Shown here: one piece after another, positions 18,535-30,663 of the stretch
How the letters are laid out: each line of letters begins with the position of its first letter
Numbering within the stretch: the stretch's first letter is position 1
Assembly (NCBI GenBank): GCA_024508855.1
Contig: JANINJ010000006.1
Location: 38,301-102,300, forward strand
Length of the DNA stretch: 64,000 bases
Direction: 5' to 3'
Source of the DNA: Xanthobacteraceae bacterium
GTDB lineage: Bacteria; Pseudomonadota; Alphaproteobacteria; Rhizobiales; Xanthobacteraceae
Notes under the pieces: model-generated
What the model saw: the letters and a program-made list of their open reading frames with translations, nothing else
Database searches by the model: none
Told to the model about the DNA's origin: nothing
Translations under genes and position numbers: made by a program

Positions 18535-21500
18535 GGCTCGATTCCATCTGTCGCTGGGCGGCCGCTGGATGATTGCCCGGAGAAGCGGAGCGAAAGGCGA
18601 TCGAACCAGAGATAGATCACCGGCGTGGTGAACAGTGTCAGCAACTGACTGACCAGGAGGCCGCCGACGATGGAGATACCGAGTGGGTGCCGTAGTTCGG
18701 AGCCTGCGCCGGTGCCGAGCATCAGCGGCAGCGCCCCCAGCACCGCAGCCATCGTGGTCATCAGGATCGGCCGAAATCGCAACAGGCAGGCTTGATAGAT
18801 CGCCTCGCGCGGCGGCTTGCCTTCATTACGCTCTGCATCGAGCGCGAAGTCGATCATCATGATCGCATTTTTCTTCACGATGCCGATAAGGAGAATGATT
18901 CCGATAATCGCGACGATAGTGAGATCCTGACCGGCGGCCATCAGCGCGAGTAGCGCACCAATTCCGGCGGAAGGCAGCGTGGATAGAATTGTGAGCGGAT
19001 GAATGAAGCTCTCGTAGAGCACACCCAGCACGATGTAGACGGTGACGATCGCCGCGAAGATCAGAAACATCTGGTTTGAGAGAGACGATTGAAACGCCAG
19101 CGCGGCGCCCTGAAAGCTGCTGATCACGCTAGCTGGCAACCCGACATCGGCTTGCGCCTGTTTGATCGCGGTCACGGCCTCACCCAGCGACGCACCAGGC
19201 GCGAGGTTGAAGGAGATGGTTGTTGAGGGAAACTGTCCGAGATGAGAGACCTGCAGCGGCGCGGTTTCTTCCCTCATCTTTGCCAACACCGAAAGCGGCA
19301 CCGGTGCGCCGCCGACCGAGGACGGCAGATAGATCGCCGATAGCGCCTGCAGCGATGTTTGCAGCGATGGATCTGCTTCGAGGATCACGCGATACTGATT
19401 GGAATTGGTGAAGATCGTCGAGACGATCCGCTGCCCATATGAATCGTAAAGTGCGTTGTCGATGGTGGCGGGCGTGATGCCGAAACGCGCGGCCTGGTCG
19501 CGGTCGATATCCACGAAGACCGAGAGCCCTTTCGCCGATATATCGCTGGTGACATCGGCAAGCTGCGGGAGCTGATTCAATTTGTCGACCAGCTTGGGCG
19601 TCCATTCCGCAAGCTGCGCCGCGTCGGCATCCTGTAGGACGAATTGATACTGCGTCCGGCTGACGGTGCCTTCGATGGTCAGATCCTGCACCGGTTGCAT
19701 ATACAGCGTGATGCCCGGGAGAGAGGTCGTTCGATTCTTCAGGCGCTGCATCACCGTTGTGATGCTGGATCGGCGCTGATCGCGTGGTTTGAGGTTGATC
19801 AGGATGCGGCCGCTGTTGAGCGTCGTGTTGGTCCCGTCGACGCCGATGAACGAGGACAGGCTGACGACGTCAGGGTCTTCGAGAATGGCACTCGCAAGCT
19901 GTTGTTGTCGTTCCGCCATCGCGGCATAGGAAACCGACTGCGGTGCTTCGGAGATCGCCTGGATGACGCCGGTATCCTGAAGCGGAAAGAACCCCTTGGG
20001 AATGATGACGTAAAGTGCCCCGGTCAGCACGAAAGTGCCCAGCGCCACCAGCAGCACGAATGTCTGGCGATCGAGCACCCAATTGAGCGCGCGGCCATAT
20101 GCTGCGATCAGCCGGTCGAAGCCCTCGCGGCTGTAGCGTTGAAACAGATTCTCGCGGTCATCCGCTGCGGCTTTCAGAAGCTTGGCGCAAGCCATCGGGA
20201 CCAGCGTGAGCGAGACCACGCCCGAGATGAGAATGGTGACCGACAGGGTAATGGCAAATTCCCGGAACAGCCGGCCGACCACATCGCCCATGAACAGCAG
20301 CGGAATCAGCACCGCGATCAGCGAGACGGTGAGCGAGATGATGGTGAAGCCGATCTGTTCGGAGCCGCGCAGCGCGGCCTGCAACGGGGTCTCACCCTCT
20401 TCGATATAGCGCGAAATATTCTCGATCACGACAATCGCGTCGTCGACCACGAAACCGGTTGCGATGGTGAGTGCCATCAGGGAAAGATTATTGAGACTGA
20501 AGCCGAACAGGTACATCGCGCCGAGTGTACCGACCAGCGAAAGCGGCACCGAGAGACTCGGAATCAGGGTCGCCCGCGCGCTGCGCAGGAAGACGAAGAT
20601 CACCAGCACGACCAGGATCACCGCAAGCGTGAGCTCGTATTCCACGTCCCGCACAGATGCACGGATGGTGACGGTGCGGTCGGTGAGAACGTTCACGTCG
20701 ATCGAAGCAGGCAGTGACGCTTGCAGTTGTGGCAACAGTGCCTTGATTCCCGCGACCACGGAAATCACGTTGGCGCCCGGCTGCCGCTGAATGTTCAAGA
20801 TGATCGCGGGCGTCTTGTTCATCCAGGCGCCGAGCTTGTCGTTCTGCGCGCCATCGACCACATCGCCGACATCGCTCAGTCGCACCGGCGAACCGTTTTT
20901 GTAGGCAACGATCAGCGACTTGTATCCGATGGCGTTCCGGATCTGATCGTTGGCATTGATGGTATAGGCGCGCATCGGCCCGTCGAAGTTTCCCTTCGGC
21001 GTGTTGATATTGGCATTGCCGAGCGTGGTACGAAGATCGTCGATGTTGAGGCCGTAGGCGGCGAGTTTGCGAATGTCGGCACGAATGCGCACTGCGGGTC
21101 GCTGGCCGCCGCTAATGCTGACCAATCCGACACCCGGAAGCTGGGAAATCTTTTGCGCCAGACGGGTATCGGCAAAATCCTCCACCTGAGTCAGTGGCAT
21201 CGTCTCCGAGGTCAGCCCGAGTGTCAGAATCGGCGCATCGGCTGGATTCACCTTGGCGTAGATCGGTGGGGCCGGCAGGTCGGAAGGCAGCAGATTGCCC
21301 GCGGCATTGATGGCGGCTTGCACCTCCTGCTCGGCAACGTCGAGGGATATGCTGAGCCCGAATTGCAGCGTGATGACCGATGCGCCGGCGGAGCTCACCG
21401 AACTCATCTGATTCAGATTCGGCATCTGCCCGAGCTGGACTTCCAGCGGCGCCGTAACGGATGACGTCATCACGTCCGGGCTGGCGCCGGGATAAAAGGT

Positions 21501-21644
21501 CTGAACCTGGATCGTTGGATAGTCGACTTCGGGGAGCGCCGCGACCGGCAGGAAGCGAAAGGCGAGCAAGCCGGACAACATGATTGCCACCATCAGCAAC
21601 GTGGTTGCCACTGGCCGCAAAATGAAGGGTCGCGATGGGCTCAT
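18531..21644 (-). CDS. mdtB: RND multidrug efflux permease, MdtB-like
   Basis: 1037-aa RND permease with 4-nt overlaps on both sides. One membrane fusion protein followed by two tandem RND permeases is the mdtABC architecture. Confidence 0.9.
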   Translation of the reverse strand: MSPSRPFILRPVATTLLMVAIMLSGLLAFRFLPVAALPEVDYPTIQVQTFYPGASPDVMTSSVTAPLEVQLGQMPNLNQMSSVSSAGASVITLQFGLSISLDVAEQEVQAAINAAGNLLPSDLPAPPIYAKVNPADAPILTLGLTSETMPLTQVEDFADTRLAQKISQLPGVGLVSISGGQRPAVRIRADIRKLAAYGLNIDDLRTTLGNANINTPKGNFDGPMRAYTINANDQIRNAIGYKSLIVAYKNGSPVRLSDVGDVVDGAQNDKLGAWMNKTPAIILNIQRQPGANVISVVAGIKALLPQLQASLPASIDVNVLTDRTVTIRASVRDVEYELTLAVILVVLVIFVFLRSARATLIPSLSVPLSLVGTLGAMYLFGFSLNNLSLMALTIATGFVVDDAIVVIENISRYIEEGETPLQAALRGSEQIGFTIISLTVSLIAVLIPLLFMGDVVGRLFREFAITLSVTILISGVVSLTLVPMACAKLLKAAADDRENLFQRYSREGFDRLIAAYGRALNWVLDRQTFVLLVALGTFVLTGALYVIIPKGFFPLQDTGVIQAISEAPQSVSYAAMAERQQQLASAILEDPDVVSLSSFIGVDGTNTTLNSGRILINLKPRDQRRSSITTVMQRLKNRTTSLPGITLYMQPVQDLTIEGTVSRTQYQFVLQDADAAQLAEWTPKLVDKLNQLPQLADVTSDISAKGLSVFVDIDRDQAARFGITPATIDNALYDSYGQRIVSTIFTNSNQYRVILEADPSLQTSLQALSAIYLPSSVGGAPVPLSVLAKMREETAPLQVSHLGQFPSTTISFNLAPGASLGEAVTAIKQAQADVGLPASVISSFQGAALAFQSSLSNQMFLIFAAIVTVYIVLGVLYESFIHPLTILSTLPSAGIGALLALMAAGQDLTIVAIIGIILLIGIVKKNAIMMIDFALDAERNEGKPPREAIYQACLLRFRPILMTTMAAVLGALPLMLGTGAGSELRHPLGISIVGGLLVSQLLTLFTTPVIYLWFDRLSLRFSGQSSSGRPATDGIEP

Positions 21645-22903
21645 CGTTTCTGGCCGCTATTCGAACGCTGCTTCGTGCTTCCCGATTTATCCGATGCTGG
21701 ATGACTGTCGCTGCCGGCTTCCGTACGAATGGCGATCTTCGCGCCGTCGCGCAGCTTGTCGGCGCCATCGACCACAATGCGATCACCGGGGGCCAATCCC
21801 GAAACGACCTCGACGCGTTCGCCATCGGTGACGCCGAGTTCAACCTTGCGAACGGATACGGTGCTATCGGAATTGACGAGATAGACAAAGGTACCCGGAA
21901 CGCCGCGCTGAATACCGGCGGTGGGCATCACGGTGACATCGCTATGCGTATCGACCAGCAGCCGGACGTTGACGAACTGGTTTGGATAGAGCGCTCTCGT
22001 ATCGTTTGGAAACTGGGCCCGCAGTTTGATCGTTCCGGTGGTCGGATCGATCTGGCTGTCGAAGGTCTGCAGCACGCCATCCGCGATCTTGTTGACGCCG
22101 CTACGGTCATACGCGGTCGCAGGCAGCGTGGCACCGGCCTGAATCCGCTTTGAAATTGCCTGCAGATTATCTTCCGGCAACGTGAACAGGACGCTGATCG
22201 GCTGCAGCTGCGTGATGACGACAAGACCGTTGGTGTCTCCCGGCGTCACGTAGTTGCCCTGGTCCACCTGACGCAGTCCGACGCGTCCATCGAGCGGCGA
22301 CACGATATGGCAATATTGCAGGTTTACCTGAGCTGCCTTCACTGCGGCATGGTCAGCCTCGACTGTCCCCTGATATTGGGCGACCAGGGCCACTTGGGTG
22401 TCGAGCGTTTGATGAGGCACGGCATTCTGCGCAGCCAGCCCCTGGTATCGAGTCAGATCAACCTGTGCGCCTTTCAGAAGCGCCTGGTCGCGCGTCAGAT
22501 TTCCGTTCGCTTGAGCCAGGGCGGCCTCATACGGCCGCGGATCGATTTCCGCGAGCAGATCGCCTTTCTTGACCTCCTCCCCCTCTTTGAAATCGATCTT
22601 CATCAGGTAGCCGCTGATTTGCGTCCTGATGGTGACCGTTGCCAGCGACGTGACGGTGCCGAGCGCATTGAGGTTGATACCGATATTGCCCTTCCCGACC
22701 GTCTCGGGAACGATCGACATCGGCGGAGCGCTGCGGCCATTTCCCGCCGGCTTCGGTGCCTGCGCACGCTCACGCCACACCACAGCACCAGCGACGATCA
22801 GCACCAGCACCAAAATCCATACTATGCGCTGGCGTGACTTGCGCTGAGGCGGCGGTGCCGCGGTGAGCGGGCGCTCCTTGCCGGGGTTTACTGGCTGATC
22901 CAT
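21641..22903 (-). CDS. mdtA: RND efflux membrane fusion protein (periplasmic adaptor), MdtA-like
   Basis: 420 aa with an N-terminal anchor ([17 protein letters not shown]) and HlyD-type lipoyl, hairpin and beta-barrel regions. Confidence 0.85.
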   Translation of the reverse strand: MDQPVNPGKERPLTAAPPPQRKSRQRIVWILVLVLIVAGAVVWRERAQAPKPAGNGRSAPPMSIVPETVGKGNIGINLNALGTVTSLATVTIRTQISGYLMKIDFKEGEEVKKGDLLAEIDPRPYEAALAQANGNLTRDQALLKGAQVDLTRYQGLAAQNAVPHQTLDTQVALVAQYQGTVEADHAAVKAAQVNLQYCHIVSPLDGRVGLRQVDQGNYVTPGDTNGLVVITQLQPISVLFTLPEDNLQAISKRIQAGATLPATAYDRSGVNKIADGVLQTFDSQIDPTTGTIKLRAQFPNDTRALYPNQFVNVRLLVDTHSDVTVMPTAGIQRGVPGTFVYLVNSDSTVSVRKVELGVTDGERVEVVSGLAPGDRIVVDGADKLRDGAKIAIRTEAGSDSHPASDKSGSTKQRSNSGQKR

Positions 22904-23426
22904 GAACGTGCCAAGATGCCCTTGTTCGCGGAGATACTGAGCACCGGAAATCCGGCATTCAGAAAACCTCGGCGAAGTCCCTATTCATCGCAGCCGTCAA
23001 AAACGGTGACGACTTCCCCGATGCCGCGCTAACCAGCGAGATTACCACACCGCAAGAGGCGGGCCTTTTAATATTCTGTAAGGAGACGCTCGCCGGAATT
23101 ATGGATTTTATCATTGCGGCATTCGAACGTCCCCAACGAAAGATGATCCGCCGGTCAGGTTTGCGAGACAGATACGGATCGACGACTTGCCGTTTCATCT
23201 CGGGAGTTGCGCGAGAAGCCCGCGCAAAAACAGGCATCGTGCTGCTTGTTCATGATTGCTTACAACGCATCGAAAGATAGTGCGATGCAGGCGCGGAAGG
23301 TCTGCGCTCAAGCTCTCTTCAAGACTATTTGATCTGACAGGCCAGATGCGCCAGCGGGGGAAAACCTGATGAAGTCCGGGCTTTGGCGCGCATTGCCCCT
23401 GCAAAATAGGGAGCGCTTGAGTCGAG

Positions 23427-23516
23427 TGGCGGAGAGAGTGGGATTCGAACCCACGGTACGGTTTCCCGCACACACGCTTTCCAAGCGTGCGCCTTAAGCC
23501 ACTCGGCCATCTCTCC
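23427..23516 (-). tRNA. tRNA-Ser (anticodon GGA), CCA encoded
   Basis: The reverse complement reads GGAGAGA-TG-GCC-GAGTGGCTTAA-GGC-G-CACGC-TTGGAAA-GCGTG-(long variable arm TGTGCGGGAAACCGTACC)-GTGGG-TTCGAAT-CCCAC-TCTCTCC-G-CCA. It has a 7-bp acceptor stem, a T-loop, a long variable arm typical of Ser, and anticodon loop TT-GGA-AA. Confidence 0.9.
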
Positions 23517-23755
23517 GGCTGCCCTCTCATGACGGGACGAACCGACTTTTGCAAGAGACTGCGGCGGTTACTGCAACGATTTTCGTAACCAACTGAAGCT
23601 TTTACGCTATTTCAGTCGGGCGATCGCGAACTTGACGTCCCGATCGCCGCTATGCGGCTTCAACGCCGAACATGATCCGGGAAGGCAACGCCGGCTGGCA
23701 ATTCGCAGCCCAATCAGATCGAGACGGACCTGACGCGGCCGCGGGCCGTCAGATC

Positions 23756-24163
23756 CTAGTGCATTGCAGTCGAGCTAAGCTGGCTCTGGATGCTCTTGAA
23801 GTGATCGAGCCGCTCGATGGCGTGATCGAGTTCGGAGCCTTCCTTCTCGGCAAGCTTTGCTTCCATGCCCGAAATCGTTTCGGCGAATTCGGCACGATCG
23901 AGTTCATCGATCGAGGTCGCGACGTCCGCGAGTACGGTAAGACCCTTCTCCGATACTTCGGCGAGGCCGCCGAGCACGATGATCTTCTGATGATTGCCGC
24001 CGGTCGTCACCGTGAGAATGCCGGGACGGACCGCAGCAATGACGGGTGCATGGCCGGCGAGCACGCCGAAGTCACCCTCCACGCCGGGGACGTCGACCTG
24101 ATCGACTTCGCCTGAGAAGGCGAGCTTTTCGGGAGACACGAGATCGAAGTGGAAGGTGGCCAT
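23756..24163 (-). CDS. atpC: F1 ATP synthase epsilon subunit
   Basis: 135 aa, [27 protein letters not shown].... It is the last gene of the F1 operon. Confidence 0.9.
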   Translation of the reverse strand: MATFHFDLVSPEKLAFSGEVDQVDVPGVEGDFGVLAGHAPVIAAVRPGILTVTTGGNHQKIIVLGGLAEVSEKGLTVLADVATSIDELDRAEFAETISGMEAKLAEKEGSELDHAIERLDHFKSIQSQLSSTAMH

Positions 24164-24173
24164 TTCAAACCTG

Positions 24174-24201
24174 CGAATAGTGAATAGCGAATAGCGAATA
24201 G
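24174..24201. repeat. 4 x 7-bp tandem repeat (C/T)GAATAG in the atpD-atpC spacer
   Basis: CGAATAG TGAATAG CGAATAG CGAATAG. An imperfect inverted partner (TTCGCTACTCCCTACTCGC, ~24230..24250) allows a ~19-bp stem with G-U pairs in the atp-sense RNA. Confidence 0.5.
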
Positions 24202-24259
24202 ACGACGAGAGGAAGCAGCGGGTTGAACTGTTCGCTACTCCCTACTCGCGTTCGCTCTC

Positions 24260-26117
<1,858 letters not shown>

Positions 26118-26139
26118 CGATCGCTCCTGCCTGTCTGCC

Positions 26140-27018
26140 TTAAACGGCCTCGGCGCCCGAGATGATTTCGATCAGTTCCTTGGTAATCATGGCCTGACGC
26201 GTGCGGTTGTAGATCAGCGTCTGCTTGCGGATCATTTCGCCCGCGTTGCGTGTTGCGTTGTCCATCGCGCTCATCTGCGCACCATAGAAGGACGCATTGT
26301 TTTCCAGCAGCGCGCGGAAAATCTGGACCGCCAGGTTGCGCGGCAGAAGCCGGGTGAGGATTTCGTCTTCCTCCGGCTCGTATTCGTAGGAGGTCTTCGG
26401 ACCGGCATTGGCGGCAGGTGCTTCCACCACCAGCGGAATGATCTGTTGCGCGGTCGGCAACTGCGAGATCACCGACTTGAACCGGGAATAGAACAAGGTG
26501 CATACGTCGAATTCGCCGGCCTCGAAACGGGCAATCACCTTCTTGGCGATCGCTTCCGCATTGACGAAACCAAGCTGACGCACGGAGCGCAAATCGACAT
26601 GCTCCACGATCTGCTTGTCGAACGTGCGGCGCAGCTGCTCGTAGCCCTTGCGGCCGACGCAGAAGAACTTGACCTCTTTGCCCTGGTTGATGAGGACAAG
26701 GGCACGCTCGCGCGCCAGACGCACGATCGACGAGTTGAAAGCGCCCGACAGGCCTCGCTCGCCGGTGCAGACCAGCAGCAGGTGAACCTGATCCTTGCCG
26801 GTGCCTCCGAGCAGAACCGGCGCACCCGGAGACCCGGCCGCGGCGCTCGCGATGTTGGAAATCACCGCATCCATCTTCTCGGCATAGGGCCGCGCCGCCT
26901 CGGCCGCGCTCTGCGCACGGCGAAGCTTAGACGCTGCGACCATCTGCATGGCCTTGGTGATCTTCTGCGTCGCCTTGGTCGAGGCGATGCGGACGCGCAT
27001 GTCTTTTAGAGAAGCCAT
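26140..27018 (-). CDS. atpG: F1 ATP synthase gamma subunit
   Basis: 292 aa, [36 protein letters not shown].... Confidence 0.95.
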   Translation of the reverse strand: MASLKDMRVRIASTKATQKITKAMQMVAASKLRRAQSAAEAARPYAEKMDAVISNIASAAAGSPGAPVLLGGTGKDQVHLLLVCTGERGLSGAFNSSIVRLARERALVLINQGKEVKFFCVGRKGYEQLRRTFDKQIVEHVDLRSVRQLGFVNAEAIAKKVIARFEAGEFDVCTLFYSRFKSVISQLPTAQQIIPLVVEAPAANAGPKTSYEYEPEEDEILTRLLPRNLAVQIFRALLENNASFYGAQMSAMDNATRNAGEMIRKQTLIYNRTRQAMITKELIEIISGAEAV

Positions 27019-27068
27019 TCTCAGCTCACCCTTGCGACCGGATCGAGCCGTGTCGCGAACCCCTGTAT

Positions 27069-27164
27069 TTCGTCATGCCTGGCCTTGTGCCGGGCATCCA
27101 CGTCATTCTGCGCCGCCACGCCTCAAGGCATGGACTGGCCGGGACAAGCCCGGCCATGACGAAT
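27069..27164. repeat. REP/MITE-like palindromic intergenic element ('PGLVPGIHV...SPAMT' type)
   Basis: Terminal inverted repeats TTCGTCATGCC (27069..) and GGCCATGACGAA (..27163), with internal GGCCTTGTGCCGGGCATCCACG and GGGACAAGCCCGGCC. It fills almost the whole 146-nt atpA-atpG spacer. Its pseudo-translation (MPGLVPGIHV...AGTSPAMT) matches a repeat family I recall as abundant in Bradyrhizobium/Rhodopseudomonas genomes. Confidence 0.6.
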
Positions 27165-29254
<2,090 letters not shown>

Positions 29255-29980
29255 TAGCGCGCTCTTCAGGCTGTCAAATTCGCAAGGGAAAGACCGTCGC
29301 CAGAAATGCGGCGGCAATCGGCCTAAGTCCTTGGAATTCAAGCGGGACTTCGATTTTCGACCGAAACGAAGTGTTCCGGCAACGTCAAAATCGCGGCCTT
29401 GCTAACATAGCGCGCGCGCAGGTGCAACATGACGGCGTTGAACGGCGATGCCATGTCGCATCCAATTTTGGATAAGGCACCTCGGACACCACCGCATCGC
29501 GTCGACGCTTGCGCCGATCCGCGCTTGAGCTTCCGCATCAGTGTTGGGCGGCATGCCGAGCATCAGCCGCGCCGCGCTGACAGAATAATCCAAGTCATCT
29601 CGCAACAGTCTCGCAGATATCGAAAGCTGCGGCGGCTATCCGCGACATCGCATTGCGAAATAATTCCTGCGTCACCTCGGCAGAAAAAAGTTCCTCAATA
29701 AAACGTCGCCCTCGAATACTTGGCGAATGCTGGCCATGCAGAAATTCGCGTCACTTCTACAGAAGTACCAAGTATTTAAAAGTTAATAATTTGTTAATTC
29801 GGAAATTTAGCCAATAACCGGATTCGGACATAAACCATCACAAGATGTTTCAATCCGGGACTGCTTGAGGTTTCTGCCAATTTTACGCCTTATTAAGCAG
29901 CCAACTCTCCCGCCGCGAATTGGGACGGGGGGTTCCACTTGCCGCGTTCGCGGCAATACTTGCTTCCGAGGATAATTTAA

Positions 29981-30472
29981 ATGCTTAAAGCCAAAGCTGT
30001 ATTGCGCCGTCTGACCCGATCCCGCACTGCGGTCGCCGTCATCGCCGCAACGGTCGTGCTGGGTGGGGGACTCACCGAGGCCTCAGCGAAATCCCGGCAT
30101 CACCGCCACCATCACTATCACCACCACCATCATCGGCATCACGCCCATAATTCCTGGCTGAACGCCAATGCATCGATCGGTCCCACCGGCGGCCGAAGTT
30201 TTTCCGGCGTGGCTTCCTATTACGGCAACGAAGCGGGCAGCCGTACCGCATCGGGCCAGCGCTTCAATCAACACGCCATGACCGCAGCTCATCGCAGCCT
30301 GCCGTTCGGTACGCGTTTGCGGGTCACCCACGGCGGCCGCAGCGTCGTCGTTACCATCAACGATCGCGGCCCCTTCATTCGCGGCCGCGTGCTCGACCTG
30401 TCCAAGGGTGCTGCCCAGGCTATCGGCCTCACGGGCCGCGGCGTCGGCCGGGTCGTTGCCGAAGTCATGTAA
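29981..30472 (+). CDS. Secreted RlpA-family (DPBB) lytic-transglycosylase-like protein with His-rich tract
   Basis: 163 aa. It has a signal peptide (AVAVIAATVVLGGGLTEASA), then KSRHHRHHHYHHHHHRHHAHNS. The RlpA core follows: GVASYYG...TASGQRF...MTAAHRSLPFGTRLRVTH..RSVVVTINDRGPF..GRVLDLS. Confidence 0.8.
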   Translation: MLKAKAVLRRLTRSRTAVAVIAATVVLGGGLTEASAKSRHHRHHHYHHHHHRHHAHNSWLNANASIGPTGGRSFSGVASYYGNEAGSRTASGQRFNQHAMTAAHRSLPFGTRLRVTHGGRSVVVTINDRGPFIRGRVLDLSKGAAQAIGLTGRGVGRVVAEVM

Positions 30473-30566
30473 GCGACGTTCTTCGCTTACTTCCATTCGT
30501 AAGCGTTGCGTTTCCATGCGTGAGTATTGAGTTGCGTACGGCTATCGGGATTTCCCGTGCCGAGTA

Positions 30567-30599
30567 CCTGCCATCGCAAATGATGGCAGGTTTTTTTTT
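30567..30599 (+). terminator. Rho-independent terminator of the RlpA-like gene
   Basis: CCTGCCATC-GCAAAT-GATGGCAGG (9-bp perfect stem) followed by nine T residues. Confidence 0.7.
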
Positions 30600-30663
30600 G
30601 TCCGATCGTTTGTTTTAATGCGGCATCGCGCGATCCGAACCATGCCGCCGGAAGCGCGATGCG

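Noticed and set aside
17296-20717. Plus-strand ORFs 17296..18615 (439 aa) and 19644..20717 (357 aa) inside the RND genes
   Set aside because: They are antisense to 12-TM RND permeases. The translations are hydrophilic R/D/H/G-rich repeats typical of shadow frames.
22959-23237. 92-aa minus-strand ORF in the mdtA-tRNA spacer
   Set aside because: It has no motif and uses codons rare for this genome (ATA, TTA, AAA, AAT, AGG). It has no RBS-like sequence and lies in a lower-GC non-coding-looking stretch.
23195-23554. 119-aa and 61-aa minus-strand ORFs over the tRNA region
   Set aside because: They overlap the tRNA-Ser gene itself. The translation simply reflects the tRNA sequence.
30098-30148. 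His-codon run as a phase-variable simple sequence repeat
   Set aside because: The codons are an irregular mix of CAC, CAT, CGC and TAT. There is no perfect tandem unit that would favour slipped-strand mispairing.
30567-30599. The hairpin after the RlpA-like gene as a bidirectional terminator also serving priA
   Set aside because: On the minus strand the stem is preceded by the A-run rather than followed by a U-run. It therefore only fits a plus-strand intrinsic terminator.
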